A stretch of DNA of 64,000 nucleotides, taken from positions 124,001-188,000 of the IMG/VR virus record IMGVR_UViG_3300034073_003542, one strand, 5' to 3'. Under the pieces are notes generated by a model that ran no database searches, was not told where the DNA came from, and saw only the letters and a program-made list of their open reading frames with translations. Shown in pieces: positions 19,205 to 29,720 of the stretch. The translations under genes were made by a program, and so were the position numbers. The number at the start of each line of letters is the position of its first letter. Position 1 is the stretch's first letter.

Positions 19205-19232
19205 ATTATACACCATCAGTTTGGTTTGTCAA
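19205..19232 (-). promoter_or_regulatory. sigma70-type promoter of tmRNA
   Basis: TTGACA-N16-TATAAT about 10 nt upstream of the tmRNA 5' end. Confidence 0.85.
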
Positions 19233-19649
19233 GAAAGAGCTAATTCTATGAGTTTTTGCGCTCTTTTGCTGGGTTTCTTATATCCGTTCTGAAATCCCTT
19301 ACAAATACCATTTTTATACATTTCTTTGATATCAATATCTTTTTTGATCTGATCTATTGTTGGATCTAAAATTTTCCCTTCTTTGTTTACTAACCACCAA
19401 TGAGTTTCAATAACTGGATCGTTAGGTCTATTGACATAAAAATCTATTGGAAAAGATATACATACTGGTTTATATCCAGAATTTTTCCCTCCCAACATAT
19501 GAAATAAGGCTTCTGTAGCAATATAGCAAAAACCAACCGAATGAACATTTTTGTTTTTATTTTGCTCTCTCCAATATGGAGTCAATAACTTTTTTGCTTC
19601 CGGTGTCTTGAATGTTTTTCTAATTAATTTAATGGTCTTTTGTTCTTTT

Positions 19650-19988
19650 TTATTCATTTCTGAAATCCCAAATTTTTAAGCCATATTTTTTTGCTGTCTC
19701 ATACATATTCTTGGTTCCTTTTCCTCCAGGAAACAAAATAACAGCATCAGCATAGTCAGCCATTTCTGCATTACGAATTGGACCAGCGGCCTTTTTGTGC
19801 TTTATCCATTCTGCTGGAAACATTTTTATGGGAATTTGATTTTCTCTCGCCCATCTTTCTCCACAAGCATCAGCACCCTTAGCTCCACCAGAAACAACTT
19901 CGGTAATTTGATCCCTAAGTTGATCTAGTTTAAGTTCATCTGCGTCAGTAAAATAGTAGTCACGACCACCCGCAATAATTACTCGCAT
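19650..19988 (-). CDS. SLOG-family (DUF2493/YspA-like) protein
   Basis: RVIIAGGRDY, VVSGGAKGAD, AAGPIRNAEMA, FPGGKGT.NM. Confidence 0.88.
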   Translation of the reverse strand: MRVIIAGGRDYYFTDADELKLDQLRDQITEVVSGGAKGADACGERWARENQIPIKMFPAEWIKHKKAAGPIRNAEMADYADAVILFPGGKGTKNMYETAKKYGLKIWDFRNE

Positions 19989-20837
19989 GGCATACTCAAA
20001 CATTCTAATTTTAATTGCAATTCATGAAGTTCTCTAGCTACTAATTTCCATCTTGGTGTTACTAGACATATATCTGGAATATAACCATTATAATCCGGCT
20101 CTACTCCATGCTTAATAATTTCTTCTGGATCTAATCCTTTTTTATTACAATATTCTCGTGCTGCTTTTTCTAGTTGTTGATCTGACATAATTTACTCCAT
20201 TTGTTTATATGGTTCCCAACCTTGTAATTTATGATATTGTATATTTGCTTCCACCCAATTATCAGCCCAAATCTCCCATAATAACTCATACTCTCCATCT
20301 TGTACTGCGGCAGTATATTTGGGATGAAGATCTTTCCCTTTAATAAGTAAGAAGCCACCATCTTCTTTTTTGTCTTCCCAAGCGGTATAAAGAGTTTTAT
20401 TGTTATCTGTCATTTTTTATATCTTTTTTAATTTCGTTTAAAGCTTGATTTAGACTAATTAATATTTCATTGCTAGTATCTACTAGATTGTTTGCTCGTT
20501 TTGTTGCTTCTTCAGAAATTTCTTTTAGTTCTAATACGGAGTAACATAATTCTATAACTAATTTCGTTGTGTCATTATTAGTAAAATCTAGCGTCAGTAT
20601 TTCTTGGATACTTTGCTTTGATATGCTTTCGTTTTCTATTAAGGTTATAAGTTTCTTTTTTACTTCTCCATTAATCAGCTGTTTATATGGAGATTTAGTA
20701 AGCATCTTTAATATTTGGTTTATAGAAGGAATATATTTTTGATTAGTGGTCATTTTTAGTCCTTATGGTCTGGGACACAAAGTTTTATGCTCTTCTTTGG
20801 AAAAACAGTGAAATTTGTTTCAAAGGTTAGATTCATT

Positions 20838-21218
20838 TTATCCACCAAAAACCACACACCAATATAGTCGCCCATTTCTATTAGGGCTGAAAGAATATCC
20901 CATATATTTGTATGAGGCACTTAGAATATTCTTCTTATGTCCCCAACTATTCATCCATACTTTCATAACTTCGTTTGTATTTTTTTGACCCCACGCAATA
21001 TTTTCGCCCGCCCTATCAAAACCCAAGTCCATAATATCTCTCATTGAACTATGTTTTAGTTGGTCATTTTCTGCCATCCAATCACAATGCTCAAACGCAT
21101 ATTTCATTAATTTGTCATTCAGAACCAAAAGATTGAGTGGTTTTGGTTTGCGCCAAATACTCCAAGGTTTATATTCAGAACGATATTGATTATGTAGAGT
21201 TAATAGACTCTCACTCAT
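20838..21218 (-). CDS. CAP/SCP-domain protein
   Basis: HNQYR, AFEHCDWM, LKHS, AGENIAWGQ, WMNSWGHKKNIL, YWCVVF. Confidence 0.9.
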   Translation of the reverse strand: MSESLLTLHNQYRSEYKPWSIWRKPKPLNLLVLNDKLMKYAFEHCDWMAENDQLKHSSMRDIMDLGFDRAGENIAWGQKNTNEVMKVWMNSWGHKKNILSASYKYMGYSFSPNRNGRLYWCVVFGG

Positions 21219-21397
21219 TATTTTCTCCGTTTCTAAAATCTTTTATTTTTTCGTCCGCGACCAACTTCTTTTTCTTATACTTATGTTGTCGCCCACTTTT
21301 ACAATAAGGGCAATCTCCACCAGGGCGACATGAGGGATCAAAAGCCTTACTCTTATAATAAGGCTTCCTGTGTTCTTTGCCGTGATTTATTCCTTTG

Positions 21398-21979
21398 TCA
21401 AGGCTCATACGATTTCGCCCCGGAGTTTTTTGTTTCGATATATTTTCTGTATTCGCTCATTATAATACCGCTTACAGTACCAACATTTAGAGAACGAACA
21501 CTTCCCCAATCCTTAATAGTATAAATCTTATCACAAGCTCCCAAAACATAATCGGAAAGCCCATGATTTTCTGACCCAAATACGAACAGGGGACTAATTA
21601 GATTTTTAAAATCCGCCCCATAAAGATCCTCTGTCTTATGAGAATACTTAGGGATATTGTTTTCGATAGCCACAATAGTACGATGTTGTTGACTATTAAT
21701 CAAGACTTCTTCTGTTTCGTAGTAATAAAGGGGCGTATAATTATATGTACCTACAGCACCCCTCTTATCCCACTTCTTTTTTCCAGCATAATGAACAGAA
21801 CTAAAACCAAAGAAATTGGCATTACGAACCAATGTGGAAAGATTAAAATCCCCCTCAACATTAATCATACATACAGACGCATCAATAGTATTATTGCGAC
21901 AATATTGTGCGATTTCTTCTACAGAAAGATTCTTTAGTGTGTCTTTTACGTTGAATGAATTAAATGAGTCTGGTGACAT
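21398..21979 (-). CDS. TrmH/SpoU-family RNA methyltransferase
   Basis: NVEGDFNLSTLVRNA, FVFGSENHGLS, VRSLNVGTVSGI (SPOUT motifs). Confidence 0.88.
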   Translation of the reverse strand: MSPDSFNSFNVKDTLKNLSVEEIAQYCRNNTIDASVCMINVEGDFNLSTLVRNANFFGFSSVHYAGKKKWDKRGAVGTYNYTPLYYYETEEVLINSQQHRTIVAIENNIPKYSHKTEDLYGADFKNLISPLFVFGSENHGLSDYVLGACDKIYTIKDWGSVRSLNVGTVSGIIMSEYRKYIETKNSGAKSYEP

Positions 21980-22150
21980 GATTATGTATTGAGGTTTTCT
22001 AATATTTTTAGTTGCGATTTAATATTTTCTATTTCTTCTTCTGTCTTTTTTATTTCTCTATATATTAGTTTATGTTCCTCGATTGTCTTGATAAAATCTG
22101 TATGAGAATAATCTCGTAACTCGATCAATTTATTTTCTAGATGTACGAGT

Positions 22151-22516
22151 TCATCCTTTTTCTTTTGAATTATTTGTTGCGGACTCATTATTGGGCCTCC
22201 AAAAGACCATTTCGTTTTTCTCATCATCCCACGCACACTCAAGCTCACCTTTTGCTGCCAAGCTTATTTGTGCTGAATTATGAATCCAAAGCACAGCTTC
22301 TTCAAATAGTTTTTGGTTTGTGTTCTCGTCAATTACTGGATTATCGTTCACAAAATTAAGGGCATTACTATGGACTAGCTTTTTGACTTGATCAAGAGTT
22401 ATATACTTATCAAGATCATCCATATAGTAATCTTCTGTAATAGCTTTTGCTGCTTCTGTTCTAATGCGATTGCAATAACCAACAATGTCTGTAATTATGA
22501 ATGATTTGTTTGACAT
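22151..22516 (-). CDS. Hypothetical protein (paralog of 10003..10422)
   Basis: SLAAKGELECAWDD...MVFW. Confidence 0.6.
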   Translation of the reverse strand: MSNKSFIITDIVGYCNRIRTEAAKAITEDYYMDDLDKYITLDQVKKLVHSNALNFVNDNPVIDENTNQKLFEEAVLWIHNSAQISLAAKGELECAWDDEKNEMVFWRPNNESATNNSKEKG

Positions 22517-22956
22517 TATACAACTTCCTTAGTAACGGTTTCAACTGGCTCACGACGCTTGAGTTTGAGAATCTTGTGCGGAACCTTAGTTACACCAGTC
22601 TCCTTATTATAGTATTCTGGCCCCATATAGATATGGGCGATTCCGCCACTCTTATCAATGCCCCACGCTAAAATTCCTTTATCGTCAATCGATTCAACAG
22701 AAAACTTGCCACGATAACCCATAGGAATGAGTTCACCTTCTTTTAGATAATACGGGCCTTGGGCTACCTTGATTTTATCGCCTTTCTGTAAAGATCGCCA
22801 ATCAAAGTTCTTGATACCTTTATGAGTACGCTTTTCTTGGGCGGATACGGTTGTATCTTTCTTACTAATAAAGACATGGTTACAGTTTGAACACACATAA
22901 GTTCTCGGCCCTGTTTCACCCAAACAATCCGGGCAGACCTTTTTGCCTCTCGCCAT
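22516..22956 (-). CDS. Hypothetical protein with N-terminal Zn ribbon and SH3/KOW-like domain
   Basis: CPDC...CSNC; LQKGDKIKV. Confidence 0.45.
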   Translation of the reverse strand: MARGKKVCPDCLGETGPRTYVCSNCNHVFISKKDTTVSAQEKRTHKGIKNFDWRSLQKGDKIKVAQGPYYLKEGELIPMGYRGKFSVESIDDKGILAWGIDKSGGIAHIYMGPEYYNKETGVTKVPHKILKLKRREPVETVTKEVV

Positions 22957-22992
22957 GAAAATTCTCCAAAGTGTTATCGTTCTTATGCTGCT

Positions 22993-23020
22993 AGTATACC
23001 AGAAGAAGCTGGTGTGTCAA
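22993..23020 (-). promoter_or_regulatory. sigma70-type promoter embedded in the 3' end of ORF 22983..23237
   Basis: TTGACA-N16-TATACT. Confidence 0.7.
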
Positions 23021-24358
23021 CAGACTTAGGTAAACCGTCTACGATAGTCAAGTTTCCTGCTGAATAATGACAAAAATAACTTTGGGCAATTTTTCTCTTC
23101 ATCAAACCTTCTTGCTCAATTTCAATATAGACATTAATACGATAACGATTATCCCATAGATTAATAACCTTAGTCATATAGTGATGCTTAGGTTTTTTAA
23201 CTTGCTTGTATAGAAGAGATTCAATTTCTAGACTCATGTTATACTCCGTTTCTATTCAAAAATTGTATCAGAATTGATAGTTAGAACAGTTTTGTCTCCA
23301 AGCCGAAATATATCTACACCTTTTTCTTCGCCCGTGTTGGCGTCGTGTAAGACTATTTCTTCTTGCCAATTAAATTCGCCCATTTTCTCCATATCATGAG
23401 CTTGATCGTACAGATAATTATAGAGGTCTAACCAGTTCAAAATATTCTCCTTTATTTAGTCTATTCTAATCATACTGCCTTTTAACCAACCGGACGTAAC
23501 TGCTCCAGTAATAATTTGTCCAGATGGTGATTTTGCTCGGAAACCTGTAGAAAACGTATCTTCTTTTCCTGCCATAAATGGTCGCCAACCCGTAATTTCT
23601 ATTTCGCTATATCCTTGCGATTCTAGAACCCGTGTTGCATCATCTGGTCTAATTAGTCCTTGTGGTAGTGCTATAGAAAAAAGTGTTACAAGTAAGATCA
23701 CTCCAACTGATACAGCAATAATTTTTAGAACACCAGACATCATAGCTTTATTTTCATAATAAGCTCTGTTCAAAATACTTTCTCCTTATTCATATGACAC
23801 TCTAAGCAATGTTGACAATGTTTACATATTGTGATTTCGACATTATTATATTCCTCAAAATTACTACATATTTCAGGAATATTATCTGGATCAAACCAAT
23901 CATCAATATCACAAATACATCCAGTAGGAATATATGACTCATCCATTAGAATAAGTTCAGATTTTGAAACTCTTTCCATACAATGAGGACAAACATGATA
24001 TTGCTTTGGTGTCATTTTTGTATTGTACCAGCGATCTTGGTTTTGTCAAGTCGAGCAGGGTCGTTTGGCTGAAACTCCACATCTATTTCTGGTTGAGGTA
24101 ATGTTGGAGCTATTGTCACATCTTCCTCATTAACATCAGCAACAGAGAATAATCTAATACGTTTTGGTTCTGGTTTGTTTAGTTTTTCATCCATCATTAA
24201 TCTCCTCTATACTATAAACCTTAACGATATTATATATAAGCCCGCAAGTTCCCTCAAAAGCTAATTGTGCCTCTTTTTCTGTATTTGCATTAATTACGTC
24301 ATTATAAAGAATTGTTTGTTTATATGGATCGGCCTTCTTATAAACTTGTGCTGTTACA

Positions 24359-25297
24359 TTAAACTGTTTCGACTGCATTATATTTTTCTCCATAATCTTT
24401 TAGGAATTGAGATATAGCCACGTTTTTTTGCTTGAACTCATAGTCTATGGTTGCTGGTAACAAAAATAGCTCTTCGTGAAGCTCATAAACATAATCTGAA
24501 TGAGCTTTGTCTGTAGGAGATGCTTTGCCATTACTAAAGTGCATAACTGGCGTAATATCTCGCCATGTTTCATAACACATTACCATAGCAGTCTCAGGAT
24601 CAATACCAACATTATTTAGTCGATGATGGTGAGAATCGTATGTTATGGGAATTTGTGTAGCAGGATGGAAAATCTCTACTAATTCTTGTACATTCCAACA
24701 ATTAGGTTTGTCGTCAATTTCGATAGTAATGCGCGATTTACAATTATCGTGCAATTGGTCAAAAGATTTGAGAAATCGCCCAATAATTTCTTCGTGGGAG
24801 CCTTGCTTGTTATTGATATGAAAGTTAATGGGCGAATTATGATTAGTTGGAAGTCCGATGCGGTCGAAAAACCAACTATAGAAATTTAGTTCTTGAATAG
24901 AGTTCTTGACGGCATTTTCATTAGTAGATGCTAATACCACATAAGGACTCGGGTGGTTTGAAATTCTAACACTAGATTGCTCGATTGTTGATTTGATATT
25001 AGTAAATTCATTATCAATATCGTTATAATTAGGCAAATCTTCTAGCTTAACATTAGCTTCGTCCATTGTGATAAGGGGAAACAGAGAAGAAGAACAACGA
25101 TAATCCCAACCTAATTGATCGCACGTTTGAATAATTTTGGTAGTTACTTTGAGATTATTAAGAATTCGCCCACCTAATATTGCTAGGGCATCTTGTCTAG
25201 GTAAAGCTGAAAATCTAGAAAATGTCATTGTCTGGAACTCGTATCCAGATTTCTTTTTATCTGCCAAATAAATACAGCATAGAGAAGGTTTGTTCAT
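24359..25297 (-). CDS. uvsE: UV-damage endonuclease UvsE/UvdE
   Basis: YRCSSSLFP, RISNHP..YVVLAS, SIQEL, IEIDD, PITYDSHHH, TW...P.MHFS, AHSDYV, DYEFKQKNVA. Confidence 0.9.
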   Translation of the reverse strand: MNKPSLCCIYLADKKKSGYEFQTMTFSRFSALPRQDALAILGGRILNNLKVTTKIIQTCDQLGWDYRCSSSLFPLITMDEANVKLEDLPNYNDIDNEFTNIKSTIEQSSVRISNHPSPYVVLASTNENAVKNSIQELNFYSWFFDRIGLPTNHNSPINFHINNKQGSHEEIIGRFLKSFDQLHDNCKSRITIEIDDKPNCWNVQELVEIFHPATQIPITYDSHHHRLNNVGIDPETAMVMCYETWRDITPVMHFSNGKASPTDKAHSDYVYELHEELFLLPATIDYEFKQKNVAISQFLKDYGEKYNAVETV

Positions 25298-25303
25298 AAC
25301 CCT

Positions 25304-25331
25304 ATTATACCCTAGTCCGTGGATTTGTCAA
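25304..25331 (-). promoter_or_regulatory. sigma70-type promoter of uvsE
   Basis: TTGACA-N16-TATAAT. Confidence 0.8.
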
Positions 25332-25945
25332 GCTTCGGTTGCGTCTTGATATTCTGTGAGTAAGGCTTGTCTCATTTGTGGATTAATATTTATTGGATCA
25401 AAATAATAATTAACATCTTCAACAAATCTATCTGGCATCACTTCCATGATTTTGGGTGTATAGATTGTATTTTTAGATTTTAGTCTTAGTTCTTTGGCGA
25501 TATGGTACGACCACAAATAAGCATTTACCGCCCTAATATATTTTGGGCGATCAAAATCTTCGATTCCAAGTTGTTCAGCTAAATTAAGAACCCTTGATTC
25601 GCAATCATGTTCAAATCGGATTATTGTTTCGAGACTTTTTTGGAGTTGTTCTTCGCTGTATTCTTTATCTAAGTGCATGATCCAAGTAAATAAAAGATCA
25701 TAGTCTGGTGTTTGTTCTTCCCACCCCTCTTTATTCTCTCGCCATTGTAGGTAATGACAATATTCATGAATAAAAATTTCGAAGCTTAATTTGTGTTTCA
25801 TAGCGACAACAAGCTCCATTTTATCTCCAGCTTCAAACCATCCTCCATATCCTCCTGCCAGTTGTTCTTTGTTGTGAAGAAAAACAGAGATATTGTCTCC
25901 AAGAAGTTCTTGGATAGCTTTTGCTAAGAATTCAGATTTGGTCAT
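25328..25945 (-). CDS. Putative zincin-like metallopeptidase
   Basis: FIHEYCHYLQW (HExxH) plus a downstream E (FEHDC). Confidence 0.5.
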   Translation of the reverse strand: MTKSEFLAKAIQELLGDNISVFLHNKEQLAGGYGGWFEAGDKMELVVAMKHKLSFEIFIHEYCHYLQWRENKEGWEEQTPDYDLLFTWIMHLDKEYSEEQLQKSLETIIRFEHDCESRVLNLAEQLGIEDFDRPKYIRAVNAYLWSYHIAKELRLKSKNTIYTPKIMEVMPDRFVEDVNYYFDPININPQMRQALLTEYQDATEA

Positions 25946-26311
25946 TTTCGCTTGTTCCTTGTGCTAACCCACATAAATACGCTAGTTTCATCAATTCTTT
26001 TGGAGAAGTATTAGCTAGATCTATCTTGTTTTGAATAAATGGTTTATTGAACCACTTTTCGAATTTCCACTCTCTTACTTTATCGTGCGTTATACAATAT
26101 TTGTAGTTTAGTAGAAATACTCCAGAATGATATTCATTCGTTATTGTCACATGAAAATTAATATCATTATCAGTATTGATAATTTTACTAACATAACCTA
26201 AATGTACATAATTTCTCTCTGGAGTATGATGATCTAGAGGCATCATATCCCACTCTTCTCCAACATATAAAGAATCTCCCGGTTGTACTTTTTGTGCTTC
26301 TTCTAGTGTCA

Positions 26312-26971
26312 TTAGATAATCCACTCCTGTTCTAGTCCGCCCAAAGCTTCACTCACTATCGGTAATTGTTCGCAGAATATCTTCTTACATCCTTTTGCTA
26401 TCTCTTGATGTTCTTTTTGAGTGCCGTTCTTTTCTCTTAAAGCTATATAGGTAATCCATGAACGAATTGTTCCATTGGCATATAGTCGCGTTGGAGTACA
26501 AAGAGGTAATACATTTCTAGCACACTCTTTAGCAACTCCGTCTTGTAACATACCTTCATAAATAGCTTGAGATTTAGCTATATTTTCTCTTAGCTTCATA
26601 TTCCACTTAAAAACAATTTCTTGATCTAAGTCATTAGTGCTGTTTTGTCTATTTTTTGTGTCTTGTTTACGAAGCTCAAATAGTGGAATTTCTTCTGCTA
26701 ACAATTTTGTATTCGAATATCTTTGAGAAAATTCCTGAAATGAAAAACTTCTATGTCTCAATATTTGTGCAGCAATAGCTCTAGTGGTATTCAGCTCTAG
26801 TATTAGGTTAGCCATTTCAAATATAGACCAGTGTTTCTTCTTTATGCAATATCTAATAAGTTTTGCTATATCGTCTGAATCTTGATTTTCTGGATTTGAT
26901 ACTCTCGCACAATAAGCTATTAAACTCTCTGCTTCTGGAGTTATTGCTACTAATTTTACTTTATCTGACAT
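26312..26971 (-). CDS. thyX: FAD-dependent thymidylate synthase ThyX
   Basis: IAYCARVS, HWSIFE, QILRHRSFSFQEFSQRY, AKECARNVLP, HQEIA. Confidence 0.96.
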   Translation of the reverse strand: MSDKVKLVAITPEAESLIAYCARVSNPENQDSDDIAKLIRYCIKKKHWSIFEMANLILELNTTRAIAAQILRHRSFSFQEFSQRYSNTKLLAEEIPLFELRKQDTKNRQNSTNDLDQEIVFKWNMKLRENIAKSQAIYEGMLQDGVAKECARNVLPLCTPTRLYANGTIRSWITYIALREKNGTQKEHQEIAKGCKKIFCEQLPIVSEALGGLEQEWII

Positions 26972-28456
26972 ATTATTTTTCTCCATATTGTTTATTTGTG
27001 TAAGATATATCAAATTCATCAATACTACACATTTCTTCGTCCCAATTTCCATTACGCAAACCTAATCCTAGAAATGATTCTCCATCTCCATACAACATTG
27101 ATCCACTTTTCCATGTTTTATCAAAATACTCTTGAGTTATCCTTATTGGTTTGTCTCTATTTATGTATGCTGTGGCATCAAATACTTCGGTTCCTTTGTC
27201 AAACCATTCTCCTTTAGATATAAATACCATATATTTTTTGGATGGTTTCCAAAACTTTGTGATTTGATTCCAAATTGGTCTAAATATATATGCACCAATA
27301 ACGCTTGCCGCCCCACTAATCAAACCGTTAGTTACTGGAACTAAAATTGGGGCGCAAGTATATTGGATTTCTTTTTCTTCTGATTTATCGGTCATCTTTT
27401 TCCCATCCATCACAATGCCCCCATTTGTCAATTAGTAATCTTTCTGGTAAGCCTTCTGGTGGTGGTTCTCTACCGCACCACATTTCGTCATGAAATGAAT
27501 CATACTGACGGTATTTACAGTACATACATGGTTGTTCTGCATTTGGTTCAGAATACCATAAAAAATTATTTTCAGTCATTATTAATATATTCCGTTGTCA
27601 TAATCTATTTCGCCCTTATCTATTCGTTCTTTATATTCTTTTTGGTATTGAACCCACTTATAGTCTGTCATATGATTATACATTTGTAAATAAGCCTCAC
27701 GAAGATTAGTGTGGCTATCAGTAACAAGAGGATCAGTCCCAGGCTTTGTCCATCTATAAATACTTGGCTCAGTATCTTTTCCTTTAATCTTTTCAAAAGA
27801 GTACCCAAATTTTTGACACCAGTTTTTAACTTCTTTTTGTGTAAGTGGCATAATTATTTGTTTAGTTTATCTTTCTTATATACTTTTAATATATCAACTA
27901 CATACGACCTAAATTGAATCCAACCCTCTCCAGTATAAGGATAATATGATTCTATTCCACTAAGATAACTAATCGCAACATCTATATTTTTATGAACTAT
28001 TCGCCCAAAAACAAAATTAATTAACGAATTTACTGGTGGATTTCCCCCAAAATCTTTAACGGTATCTATACCAAGATAAGATTCTGCTAAACATCGCCCA
28101 CAGCTATTATAGTGATACTCACAATCTCCGCAATGAGGATTTTGTAGGTCTTCGATTAGATCTTTTATCTCTTCTTCGTTATATTCTATCTTATCAAATT
28201 TTTTCCATAAATTATCGATATTGTCTATTAGATATTTATTGGGCGATTTACGAATGCGCGAATAGTTTTCTTCTATCCATTCATTTTCGTGTTGAGTTGT
28301 TCTAGTGGTGGCTTGATCGACATTATATTGGATATCAAAAAGATTGTTACATAATTTGTCTAATTTCACCCTATAAAACAATAGCTTCTTTTCTGTGTCG
28401 TTTAGAAAAACTTTTGTTTCAAGAGGATTTTGGGCGTATTGTATAATCATACTGTT

Positions 28457-29026
28457 TTAGACACTCATTTCGCCCGTTCTTGTTTCCATCACAGCTTTAA
28501 TTTCATCGAAACTCCACGGCTCACCAAAGATTTTACCATAGTTTACACAATTGTCAACTCCAACATCTAGAGTTTTTCTTTTAAGGATTCTATCTTCCCT
28601 ATCTAGATTTCCATGAACATGACCAAAAAGATGCCAACTTCCATGAAAACTCTTTGCCCAGCTACGCATTGGGTAGTGCATCATAAATATCCATTGTCCT
28701 CGATGATTAATCTCTATATACTTATCAACTAGTTTTACTTTGCCGTAAGTCTTTTGTAGTTCATAAAGATCTTTTGCTCGGTCATGGTTCCCAATTGAAA
28801 TATAGATATTATTACAGTTAAGAGTCTTAAGGTAATCTCTAACTGGACTTCCTCTATAGCTCACATCGCCCAAAAGGTAGAGATGATCATTTTGTTTGAC
28901 TACTTTATTTATTTGATCAGTCATGAATTGATTCATATCGTGTATATTGTCAAATCCACGATTACAATGTCTATTGATATTTCCGTGGCCCCAATGCTGA
29001 TCCGAACTTATATATATATCGCCCAT
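28457..29026 (-). CDS. Calcineurin-like metallophosphoesterase
   Basis: SDQHWGH, LLGDV, GNHD, HYP, HLFGHVH, DVGVD. Confidence 0.92.
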   Translation of the reverse strand: MGDIYISSDQHWGHGNINRHCNRGFDNIHDMNQFMTDQINKVVKQNDHLYLLGDVSYRGSPVRDYLKTLNCNNIYISIGNHDRAKDLYELQKTYGKVKLVDKYIEINHRGQWIFMMHYPMRSWAKSFHGSWHLFGHVHGNLDREDRILKRKTLDVGVDNCVNYGKIFGEPWSFDEIKAVMETRTGEMSV

Positions 29027-29493
29027 TATCTTGCCCTCGGAGGCATATCTCCTGTTCTTTGAATTTTATCAAGACGATCTTCTACTATATCAAGCCTATC
29101 TCTCATTTTTAGAAGTTGTTCAGTATCCTTACAGCTTTCTTTGGTAAAATAAAGCACATGCTCTACAAAACAATTAGTTTCATATTTATTGAGTTCTGCA
29201 CGAACAATAGCTACTATAGAAAGCAATATAGCGCCAACAGAAACAATCCATACGGAATAAGACTTCATAATATATTTCTCCTTTATTTATCTGTTCTAAT
29301 ATTTTTTACGCTATCTACTAATTCATCATTGATATAAACATCTATATAACAATCGCAGTTTGTGCCTTCTTCATACGTTTCTACATCAATTCCGCTCTGT
29401 AGTCTAGCATTATATTTATTTAAGAGCGACTTTAATTCTTGATAAAACGGTCCTGTTTTTTCATCAATCCACATAATATACCTCGATTAAAAA

Positions 29494-29685
29494 TATTGAT
29501 GGACGTTTTGCGTGAGCTTTTCAGGCTCCACCAGAAGTGCCTGCTAGTTGTTGTAGCGTTACACACCCAAGTATACCCCTGATTAACAACCGTATACTTG
29601 CTCTATCTCTGTCGCAATTAGTCTCCCGAAGGTCAGAATACGTCTGATCATGGCGGAATCTGCCGCCCCATCCCGTCCATCAATA
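29494..29685 (-). ncRNA. Unassigned structured ncRNA (~190 nt)
   Basis: ORF-free, GC-enriched intergenic segment closed by a perfect 12-bp terminal stem, with several internal hairpins; begins about 7 nt below a consensus -10. Confidence 0.7.
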
Positions 29686-29692
29686 CATACTT

Positions 29693-29720
29693 ATTATAGC
29701 ACAGGGATGGGGTTTGTCAA
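29693..29720 (-). promoter_or_regulatory. sigma70-type promoter (extended -10) of the candidate ncRNA
   Basis: TTGACA-N16-TATAAT with TGn. Confidence 0.85.

Noticed and set aside
20756-20836. 26-aa ORF MNLTFETNFTVFPK... as a possible gene remnant
   Set aside because: Too short to assign to any family from sequence alone.
22983-23237. ORF ending in -ILAA as a built-in ssrA-like degron
   Set aside because: The terminal codons coincide with an embedded promoter (-10 TATACT), so the ending may be incidental; a single example.
29494-29685. 6S RNA, SRP RNA or RNase P assignment for the structured RNA
   Set aside because: The fold appears multibranched rather than a rod with a central bubble, there is no SRP helix-8 motif, and it is too short and lacks P4 motifs for RNase P.
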